Positions 8,556-17,200 of a stretch of 64,000 nucleotides of DNA are shown here, in pieces. The position numbers and the translations under genes are program-made. Under the pieces are notes generated by a model. The model ran no database searches. It worked only from the letters and a program-made list of their open reading frames with translations, and was not told the DNA's origin. Origin of the DNA: a virus; IMG/VR virus record IMGVR_UViG_3300008113_004357, positions 3,285 to 67,284 of that record; one strand, given 5' to 3'. The first letter of the stretch is position 1. Every line of letters begins with the position of its first letter.

Positions 8556-9647
8556 ATGAGCGAAATTAGTTCACGTACCGTTGGCCCAAAGGCCGCTAAA
8601 AAGAGTCTGCGCCGTGCCTTTAAAGCCAATCGTCCGTTGTTCCTTTGGGGGCCTCCGGGTATTGGCAAGTCAGATATTGTCAAACAAATGGGCGAGGAAC
8701 TCAACGCTCATGTTATTGATATCCGTTTGAGTCTTTGGGAACCCACTGACATCAAAGGTATTCCGTATTTTGATGCCAATCAAAGCAAGATGCTTTGGGC
8801 TCCTCCTATTGAATTGCCTGATGCCGAAATGGCAGCAAAGCATAACAAGATCATCTTGTTCATGGACGAAATGAACTCTGCGGCTCCTGCTGTACAGGCA
8901 GCGGCTTATCAGTTGGTTTTGAATCGTCGTGTTGGTACTTACAAGTTGCCAGACAATGTACTCATTGTTGCTGCCGGTAACCGTGAAACTGACAAGGGCG
9001 TTACTTATCGTATGCCTGCTCCGTTGGCTAACCGTTTCGTTCACTTGGAAATGAAAGTGGATTGGGAAGACTACTTTACTTGGGCTACTGAGAACCGTAT
9101 CCATAAAGACGTTGTAGGCTTTTTGACCTTCAGCAAGAAAGACTTGTACGACTTTGATCCAAAGGCCGCTAGTCGTGCATTTGCTACTCCCCGCTCTTGG
9201 ACTTTTGTGTCTGAGCTGTTGTTTGACGATGATGAGGATGTTGGCACGTTAACTGATCTGGTTGCAGGTGCAGTTGGTGAAGGTCTTGCTGTTAAGTTTA
9301 TGGCTCATCGCAAGATTGCGTCTAAACTTCCTGATCCTACAGACATCCTTAAGGGCAAAGTTAAGAAGATGGACACTAAAGAAATCAGTGCCATGTACTC
9401 TTTGACTGTGTCATTGTGCTATGAGCTCAAAGATGCCGCTGACAAGAATGTCAAAGATTGGAACGATCAGGTTAACTGCTTCTTCGAATTTATGATGAAT
9501 AATTTTGAAACTGAATTGGTTGTTATGGGTACTAAACTTGCTCTTACCCAATATCAATTGCCGCTGGATCCAGACGAGATCAAATGCTTTGATGACTTCC
9601 ATGCCAAATACGGTCGCTTCATTGCTGCCGCTACTGAGAAGCGTTAA
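8556..9647 (+). CDS. MoxR/AAA_5-type AAA+ ATPase
   Basis: Walker A GPPGIGKS, Walker B LFMDEMN, AAGNR, PLANRF, TPRSW. Confidence 0.92.
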   Translation: MSEISSRTVGPKAAKKSLRRAFKANRPLFLWGPPGIGKSDIVKQMGEELNAHVIDIRLSLWEPTDIKGIPYFDANQSKMLWAPPIELPDAEMAAKHNKIILFMDEMNSAAPAVQAAAYQLVLNRRVGTYKLPDNVLIVAAGNRETDKGVTYRMPAPLANRFVHLEMKVDWEDYFTWATENRIHKDVVGFLTFSKKDLYDFDPKAASRAFATPRSWTFVSELLFDDDEDVGTLTDLVAGAVGEGLAVKFMAHRKIASKLPDPTDILKGKVKKMDTKEISAMYSLTVSLCYELKDAADKNVKDWNDQVNCFFEFMMNNFETELVVMGTKLALTQYQLPLDPDEIKCFDDFHAKYGRFIAAATEKR

Positions 9648-9664
9648 TTTGGTTGTAGCACCAT

Positions 9665-9693
9665 TTGACAGGGTCTTCGGACCCTGTTATAAT
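9665..9693 (+). promoter_or_regulatory. Consensus sigma70 promoter whose spacer is a cUUCGg hairpin
   Basis: TTGACA 9665-9670, TATAAT 9688-9693, 17-nt spacer; ACAGGGTC-TTCG-GACCCTGT at 9668-9687. Confidence 0.85.
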
Positions 9694-9719
9694 ATATACT
9701 ATATAAACAGGAGCAAATT

Positions 9720-10889
9720 ATGACTCAACTAGATCCAGTCATCGACAAAATTGTAGTAGCCCGTGTTGGACTACTTCTTCGTCATCCATTTTTTGGCAAC
9801 ATGGCTACTCGTCTTAAGATTGAGGAAGCTAGCGATTGGTGCATGACTGCCGCCACAGACGGGCGTCACTTGTATTTTAATCGTGAGTTTTTTGAAAAGA
9901 TGAGTGTTAAAGAAGTTGAGTTTGTTGTAGCTCACGAAATCTTACACAATGTATTTGAACACATGTTAAGGGTTGAAGGTCGCGATCCACGTATTTGGAA
10001 TGCCGCGGCAGACTTTAGCGTTAACGGTACTCTTGTTCGTGATCGAATTGGCGACAGTCCTAAAGGCATTAAAATTTTCCACGATGCTAAACACTACGGC
10101 AAAAGCACTGAACAAATCTATGACGAAATTTTTAACGACATGGATGAGCAAGAACTTGCCGCATTGGGCCAACTACTAGACGAACACATTGACTGGGAAA
10201 AGGACGGCAAAGATGGACGTCCTCAGTACAGCAAAGATGAACTTAAAAAGATTCGTGATGAGATCAAAGAACAGATGATGCAGGCTGCTCAGGCTGCGGG
10301 TGCGGGAAATACGCCTGCTGAGATCCAGCGTATGATCCGTGAACTCACTGAGCCCAAGATGAACTGGCGTGAAATTCTGCGTCAGCAAATTCAAAGTACT
10401 ATTAAAAACGATTACACCTTTATGCGTCCTAATCGTAAGGCATGGCATATGAATGCTATTTTGCCAGGTACTAACTTTGATGAGACCATTGATATTTGTA
10501 TTGCTATTGACATGTCAGGCTCTATCGGAGACGACCAGGCTAAAGATTTTATTTCAGAAATCAAAGGCATTATGGATGAATACAAAGACTATAAGATTAA
10601 ATTATGGTGCTTTGATACCAAAGTCTATAACGAGGCTGACTTCGATGGCTACGGTGATGACATTATGGAATACGAAGTAATGGGCGGTGGTGGCACTGAG
10701 TTTGATGCCAACTGGGAATACATGAAAGAACACGATATTAACCCTAAAAAGTTTATCATGTTTACAGACGGTTACCCTTGGGGTTCATGGGGTGATGAGA
10801 ACTACTGTGATACAGTATTCATTATCCACGGCAACGATAAAATTGTTCCGCCATTTGGTGCTTATGCTTATTACGAGTCAAAGAATTAA
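9720..10889 (+). CDS. Putative metallopeptidase (HEXXH) plus vWA domain protein (DUF2201-like), partner of the MoxR ATPase
   Basis: TAATDG, AHEILH, WN.AAD, MIDAS motif IDMSGS, GGGGTEF, FTDGY. Confidence 0.88.
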   Translation: MTQLDPVIDKIVVARVGLLLRHPFFGNMATRLKIEEASDWCMTAATDGRHLYFNREFFEKMSVKEVEFVVAHEILHNVFEHMLRVEGRDPRIWNAAADFSVNGTLVRDRIGDSPKGIKIFHDAKHYGKSTEQIYDEIFNDMDEQELAALGQLLDEHIDWEKDGKDGRPQYSKDELKKIRDEIKEQMMQAAQAAGAGNTPAEIQRMIRELTEPKMNWREILRQQIQSTIKNDYTFMRPNRKAWHMNAILPGTNFDETIDICIAIDMSGSIGDDQAKDFISEIKGIMDEYKDYKIKLWCFDTKVYNEADFDGYGDDIMEYEVMGGGGTEFDANWEYMKEHDINPKKFIMFTDGYPWGSWGDENYCDTVFIIHGNDKIVPPFGAYAYYESKN

Positions 10890-11167
10890 TGGCACTGAAA
10901 AACGGAAAAGTAAATCCACTTAATGCTCTGGGCTTGAGGAAGGTTAACTTCCCAGCCCATCATTTTCACTATACAGCACACAATAGATACACTCCGGCTG
11001 TAGTAAAGATGTTAGACACTTGGATATACCACAATCTTAACGGAAGATACTATGTAGGACAGTCAATTGATTTAATTGATAACACTATAGTATTTGTTAC
11101 TAAAATTGGATTTGAGCAAGAAAAAGAACTCAGCTTTTTCAGACTTGCCTGTCCACATTTAACTTAA
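10889..11167 (+). CDS. Hypothetical phage protein
   Basis: TAATG overlap; 92 aa. Confidence 0.7.
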   Translation: MALKNGKVNPLNALGLRKVNFPAHHFHYTAHNRYTPAVVKMLDTWIYHNLNGRYYVGQSIDLIDNTIVFVTKIGFEQEKELSFFRLACPHLT

Positions 11168-11208
11168 TAGATAAATTATAAGCATATATAATGATATAAG
11201 GAGATATC

Positions 11209-11424
11209 ATGACTGAAGAAGTTACCAATGTAGAAAATACCGCCCAAGCTGAATCTGCACAACTTACACTTAATGACTTGGCCGCACTTAAAAGTATTAT
11301 AGATGTTGCTTCATCTAGAGGCGCATTCAAGCCAAATGAGATGATGGCAGTTGGGCAAGCATATAGTAGACTAACTAGTTTTTTAGACACAATTTCTAAA
11401 CAACCACCACAAGGGGGAAAATAA
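11209..11424 (+). CDS. Small hypothetical protein, paralog 1
   Basis: AAGGAG SD; LTLNDLAALKSIIDVASSRGAFK. Confidence 0.75.
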   Translation: MTEEVTNVENTAQAESAQLTLNDLAALKSIIDVASSRGAFKPNEMMAVGQAYSRLTSFLDTISKQPPQGGK

Positions 11425-11663
11425 TGAGTGAAGAAAATAACGTAGTAGATCAAACCGAAGCAACTCAAGCACCGGTTGCTAATCCAGATTTAACCATTTC
11501 TGATTTAGCCGCTATTAAAAATTTGATCGATGTAGTTACTACAAGAGGTGCGTTCAAAGGCGAAGAACTTTCAAGCGTCGGAGTTTTATACGACAAGCTT
11601 AATAAGTTTTTAACTGCCGTTCAAGCACAGGCACAGCAACAACAAACTGCTGAGTCAAATTAA
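11424..11663 (+). CDS. Small hypothetical protein, paralog 2
   Basis: LTISDLAAIKNLIDVVTTRGAFK, clearly similar to the upstream gene. Confidence 0.75.
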   Translation: MSEENNVVDQTEATQAPVANPDLTISDLAAIKNLIDVVTTRGAFKGEELSSVGVLYDKLNKFLTAVQAQAQQQQTAESN

Positions 11664-11672
11664 GGAGATAAT

Positions 11673-12323
11673 ATGGTAGATCTTAAACACGTAGGTAGAA
11701 TAAAGGCCACAGGAAGAAAATGTCTTGTAGCTTTTAGAACTCTACCAGGTGATGCATATCACTGTCTAGTAGTACCCACAGAAAACTTACCTGATGATTA
11801 TCACGATTCACTTATTCAATTAGTTGAATCTGCATCTGGACAAAGTTCTAACGAATTCGCAGAAGTTTTAGCAAGAGCTAAATTCCCTGACGGAAGCACT
11901 ATGTTGCCTGCATTGCACACGCAAGGTCGCCTAGTTCGATTGCCAACTGATGCAATTGAAATGACTCCTAACTTCCAAGCAAAAATTGGATTAGACGAGT
12001 TAAACACTATCATTGCTGAACAGCGTGGTATAGCTGTTGACGATTTAGCAGTTAAAGATGCCAACAATCCAAATGTTGAAGTCTCTGAAGTTGCTACAGT
12101 CAAAGATATATCCACCCCTGGTAACGCCGATAATGTTGCAAAAACAACGTCTTCTAGCGTTACACAAGATGAACAACCAGCAGTAAGTGCCTTAAATGAA
12201 AATGCATCAGCCGAAGAAAAGGCAAAGTTCTATCGAAGCCAAGCAGACAAATTGGCAAAAGAAGCAGCTCAATTTAGACGATTGGCTGAAGACCTTGTTC
12301 CGACTAAAAAGAAAAGTGGTTAA
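11673..12323 (+). CDS. Hypothetical phage protein
   Basis: AAGGAG SD; LKHVGR N-terminus; C-terminal coiled coil. Confidence 0.75.
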   Translation: MVDLKHVGRIKATGRKCLVAFRTLPGDAYHCLVVPTENLPDDYHDSLIQLVESASGQSSNEFAEVLARAKFPDGSTMLPALHTQGRLVRLPTDAIEMTPNFQAKIGLDELNTIIAEQRGIAVDDLAVKDANNPNVEVSEVATVKDISTPGNADNVAKTTSSSVTQDEQPAVSALNENASAEEKAKFYRSQADKLAKEAAQFRRLAEDLVPTKKKSG

Positions 12324-12633
12324 TGGAAGAACATTACCCAAAGATGCAATAGACAAATGGCCAGAAGTATTTGGTGAGATTACGTGTAACGTAGTTCCAC
12401 TAACGTACTTACACACCATAACTATTACATTTAAAAACGCAAAAGTTTGGGAAATACGAGCTAATAAAATTATGACTGATGATTGGGATTCTTTTGAATC
12501 CCATATCAAAGAAGTAATTAAAGAATACGAATCAAATATTGAAAGTATAGATTTTCAGCTCGACACAGACAGAATTAAAAAAGACATTACTAAACACACT
12601 AAACGTTTTTTAGATAAAAGAAAATTAAAATGA
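12316..12633 (+). CDS. Hypothetical phage protein
   Basis: Same frame as ORF 12196..12633; GTG at 12316 avoids a long overlap. Confidence 0.6.
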   Translation: MVNGRTLPKDAIDKWPEVFGEITCNVVPLTYLHTITITFKNAKVWEIRANKIMTDDWDSFESHIKEVIKEYESNIESIDFQLDTDRIKKDITKHTKRFLDKRKLK

Positions 12634-13310
12634 AAGTTAAGTTAGTTTCTTATAGCCAACCTACAGAAGAATTTCGTCAACAAAACATAGACGATGCACT
12701 AGATCTAGTAGCTTACTGCGCTCGTGTAAGTAACCCTGCTAATCAGTTCAATACAGAAACTAGCGAAAAGCTAATCAAGTATTTGATCAAGCATCAACAT
12801 TGGAGTCCTCTCGAGATGGTTAGTGCTTGTATAGAGATCACTACTACTAGAGATATTGCAAGACAAATCCTACGCCATCGTAGCTTTAGCTTTCAAGAGT
12901 TTAGTCAACGCTATGCTGATCCAACCGCAGAACTAGATGAAGCTTTTGTACTGCGTGAAGCACGATTCCAAGATACAAAGAATCGTCAAAATAGTGTAGA
13001 ATTTGACATGAACGACGAGCAACAAAAACTTCTTGCCTATGAATGGGAACGTGCTCAGAAGCGTGTACTATTTTCAGTTAAACAAGAGTATTCTTGGGCT
13101 ATTAAAAACGGTATTGCCAAAGAACAAGCTCGTGCTGTTCTACCAGAAGGCCTTACTGTTAGTCGTATGTATATGAACGGTACTATTCGTAGTTGGATTC
13201 ATTACATTGAACTTCGTAGTGCCAATGGAACACAAAAAGAGCATATGGATATTGCTCGTGCCTGTGGTCAAGTTATTGCAGAAGTATTTCCGCTGTCTAA
13301 ATCATTGTAA
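12630..13310 (+). CDS. thyX: Flavin-dependent thymidylate synthase
   Basis: ARVS, HWSPLE, signature RHRSFSFQEFSQRY, KEQARAVLP, TQKEH. Confidence 0.96.
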   Translation: MKVKLVSYSQPTEEFRQQNIDDALDLVAYCARVSNPANQFNTETSEKLIKYLIKHQHWSPLEMVSACIEITTTRDIARQILRHRSFSFQEFSQRYADPTAELDEAFVLREARFQDTKNRQNSVEFDMNDEQQKLLAYEWERAQKRVLFSVKQEYSWAIKNGIAKEQARAVLPEGLTVSRMYMNGTIRSWIHYIELRSANGTQKEHMDIARACGQVIAEVFPLSKSL

Positions 13311-14200
13311 TGGAGAACATTATCTGATTTCCTTGTTATATTGAAATCAAATGTTTTAAACCACTTACTTTGAATAGCTGTTAACGGTTCATCATCTATA
13401 GGGAGCTCATGCTTAATGAGATTCCCTATTTTTTTGGCCAGTGCTAGTGGGTCTTCATTTTTAACTTTATCATAAAAGAAAGTATTGAGATAATCAAAGT
13501 CTCGAACATTAATAAAATCCCAATCAGTAAAATGTGTCATGTAACAACCCTGACGAGCTCCTAGTATACTCCAAATGCCGTTTGATACATCTGCGCCTAC
13601 CATTGACCAAATTCCTAATCGTTGGTAGTTACCTGGCCATACATCTTTTAATTGATTAACTCGTTGACCCTGTTCAAGTGACATCTTGACGCCTTCACGA
13701 AAGCCAGCTCTCCATGCTTGTAGTGGACTGCCGTTATTATGTATTTGACTAAAGGCTTTGTCTAAAGGCAAATATTCTAAATCCCAGCAAAAGTCTATTT
13801 GGCTTTTTACATTGTCATTAGGAGCAGCTTCATGTGTTTGCATGTTAAGGACAACGTGCTTCGGCCAGCATTTAATGCCGCCATTGCCGTACATAAGTCC
13901 GTTGATAATATTATAACTAGGCCAACTTACTACACAATTATCAAAATTAACATCTTCAGGTACTTCAATTACTTGATTAAGAAACTTTCCTGTAAGTACA
14001 TTGTCACCGTCAATGGTGACAAATCTGTTTGTTTCAGATAAGTTTGCGGCAGCTTTATGAGCAGCATCACTGCCTTTAACACCGTGAACACGTTTTGCCC
14101 AAGGTATCTTTGAACAAAGATCTGCATAGTTACGATCAGCATCTGGCTCATCGTAACTGATATAGATTACATCATATTCACTTACTGTTATTTTTTTCAT
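13268..14200 (-). CDS. Putative glycosyltransferase-like protein (family A, paralog 1)
   Basis: YISYDEPDAD.NY, RVHGVKGSDAAH, DxD motif TIDGDN, YGNGG, AWRAGFREG. Confidence 0.65.
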   Translation of the reverse strand: MKKITVSEYDVIYISYDEPDADRNYADLCSKIPWAKRVHGVKGSDAAHKAAANLSETNRFVTIDGDNVLTGKFLNQVIEVPEDVNFDNCVVSWPSYNIINGLMYGNGGIKCWPKHVVLNMQTHEAAPNDNVKSQIDFCWDLEYLPLDKAFSQIHNNGSPLQAWRAGFREGVKMSLEQGQRVNQLKDVWPGNYQRLGIWSMVGADVSNGIWSILGARQGCYMTHFTDWDFINVRDFDYLNTFFYDKVKNEDPLALAKKIGNLIKHELPIDDEPLTAIQSKWFKTFDFNITRKSDNVLHYNDLDSGNTSAIT

Positions 14201-17200
14201 TTAAGAATTGCTCGTATAACCAATCAAAGTCGTTGATCTTAAATAAGTTGTCAGGATTTTCTGTGGCAAACTTACGTCCGGCGAGTGCGCCTTTTATGGC
14301 AAATTCACCGTAGGGTTTATCTGCTCCTTGTGTACACCACACATTTAGACGTTCTTCTGTTTCACTATCTACTTGACGATCAATAGTTTTACCTGCTAGT
14401 TTAGCACATTCACGGAACGCTGACTTCCATGTTGAAAATTCATCAGTGTTAAAGGAAGTAACGTTACTGACAACTTGTACTGGTTTAAATTTATCGCTGA
14501 TGCTAGTTGTCATATCAGGACGAGTTACATCCATACTCAATGTAAGTTGACGAGGTAACAGTTTAACACCACCATAACCGTAGACTAGATTATTAACAGG
14601 GTTTTGACTGCGCCATACATGAACTGTATCTCTTTCCCATACAGGTATTTCATAATCAAACTTGAAGTCATCAACTACAACTGCGTCACCATCAACTACC
14701 CAGAAGTTATCTGTATCTGCCTGTTCGGCTGCTTTGATGTGAGCTTGATGAATGCCTTTAACTCCGTGTACACGTTTGACCCTTGGATACAGCGTTTTAA
14801 CTCTGTCAAAGTTTTCATCAGCATTACTTTCGTTATAACTAATAAACACAATGTCATATGGTTTAACTTTACTAGCTGTAATATTCCATTCTTTACGCTC
14901 AACTAGATAACGGAAAGTAATTTCCTTTTCACTTACAGGGGCATGTTTACTCATCAGGTTAATACCATTATAGTTTTCTTCGCCTCTAAATAAGTGTTTA
15001 AAACTGTGATTCATATTTCTATCATAGGTATTATGATGACTGAAATAAGTGTCAAATGTAAATGTATCTAATACTTGAACTTCTTTTGGTACTACCCAGA
15101 ACATGTCTGTAGTAGACTCTTCAAGAGCAACTAGATAATCTCTATAAGTGCTTACTGTAAACTTATCAAATTGTTTTGGATTACTTGCTATTGTTTCAAT
15201 TTCTTTTTTCTCTATAAAGAATCTTGTTTTAAATTCTCTTTCAGAGATTTGTTCTTCTTTTGAAAATAAACAAATGCCGTCCCAATGTTCACCATTCTTA
15301 AAAATATGTGTAACATGTTGATTGTAACGAGGAACATAATAATCAAAGTTAAAATCTTCAACAACTTCTACATCTGGCCAGACGCACCAGAACATGTTAG
15401 ACTCAGATAGTTTACAAGCTTGTTCGTAGTCCTTGTATGTTGAAATATTAAATTTATCAAACATTTTAGGCGTGCTAGCAACTTCGTCCCATTCCTTACG
15501 ATCTGAAATGTGTCTAAATTTAAATTCTTTTTCAGAAATTAATTTTTTCTTGCTGGCAAGAATGACACCGTCATATGTGTCTCCGTTGAGGAACATATGA
15601 TTTTCTTCTCTTTCGTAGCTGTTGTGGTAGCTGAAGTAAACATCAAACTTAAATTCATCAGATACAATTACGTCACTAGGAACTATCCAGAATAGATCAG
15701 TATCTGATTTTTCAACTGCATCCATGTATTCATTGTAGCTGTCAATGTAAAATATATCGTATTTCTTTGGATAACTTGCGACTAATTCAACTATTATTTC
15801 TTTATCAGCAAAGAATCTATATCTAAATTCTTTTTCAGAAACAAGTACTTCGGTTGAAAATAAACAAATACCGTCATAATGTTTGCTATTCTTAAACACA
15901 TGAGTTAAGTGTTGATTATAACGAGGCACATAGTAATCAAAGTCAAAATCTTCAACAACTTCTACATCATGCCATACACACCAGAACATCTTTGATGTTG
16001 AATTTTTTACAGCATTAAGATAATCGTCATAGGTTTTTATATTAAAGAATCTACTAAATTCTTTTGGTCTACTTGCAAGAACTTCCCACTCTTTTCTGTC
16101 GCTTAAAAATCTATATTTGAATTCTTTTTCGCTTATGGATTTAAACTTACTGGCAAGTATAATTCCGTCATATGTATCTCCGTTGAGGAACATATGATTT
16201 TCTTCTCGTTCGTAGCTGTTGTGATAACTGAAATAAAGATCAAACTTAAATTCTTCAGCAGTAATAACATCGCTAGGAACTATCCAGAATAGATCAGTAT
16301 TTGAGTTCTCAACTGCATCAATGTATTCATTGTAGCTGTCAATGTAAAATATATCGTATTTCTTTGGATAACTTGCTAGGTAGTCAATTTCTTTCTTTTC
16401 TGTAAAGAATCTGTACTTGAATTCTTTTTCGCTTACCTGTGAAGTTTTGCTGAATAAACAAATACCATCAAAATGATCTCCGTTCTTAAAAACGTGTGTA
16501 ATGTGTTGATTGTATCGAGGTACATAGTAATCAAAGTCAAAATCTTCTACAACGTCTACATCATGCCATATGCACCAAAACATATTGCTTTTAGATTCTT
16601 TGCAAGCATTAAGATACTGTTCATACGTTTTAATATAAAATTTATCAAACTCTTGTGGTATACTTACAAGTGTATCCCATTCTTTTCTTTCATTTAAGAA
16701 TCTATATCTAAATTCTTTTTCACTTATAGGTCTAAACTTACTGGCAAGAATAACACCGTCATATGTATCTCCGTTAAGGAACATATGATTTTCTTGTCGA
16801 CTATAGGTGTCATGGTGGCTAAAATAAAGATCAAACTTGTAGTCATTAACTACTGTAACGTCACTAGGTATTAACCAGAGCAAGTCTGTAATAGAAGATT
16901 GAACAGCATTTAAATATTCATCGTATGTGTTAACATAAAATATATCATAATTTTTAGGATAGCTGATAGTATAGTCAACTTCTTTTTTGTCAGTAAAGAA
17001 TCTGTACTTAAATTCTTTTTCACTTACTTTAGTGTGCTTACTAAACAGACAAACACCGTCATAGTACTCGCCGTTTTTAAAAATATGAGTAATATGTTGA
17101 TTATAACGAGGAACATAATATTCAAAGTCAAAATCTTCTACAACATCAATGTCGGGCCATATTGCCCAGAACATATCAGTTGTTGACTGTTCACAGGCTG

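Noticed and set aside
12196-12315. 5' extension of ORF 12196..12633
   Set aside because: It overlaps the preceding gene by more than 120 nt; GTG 12316 is the more plausible start.
684-12509. Short overlapping alternative-frame and antisense ORFs in the left arm
   Set aside because: They lie within or opposite well-supported genes and have no independent signals.
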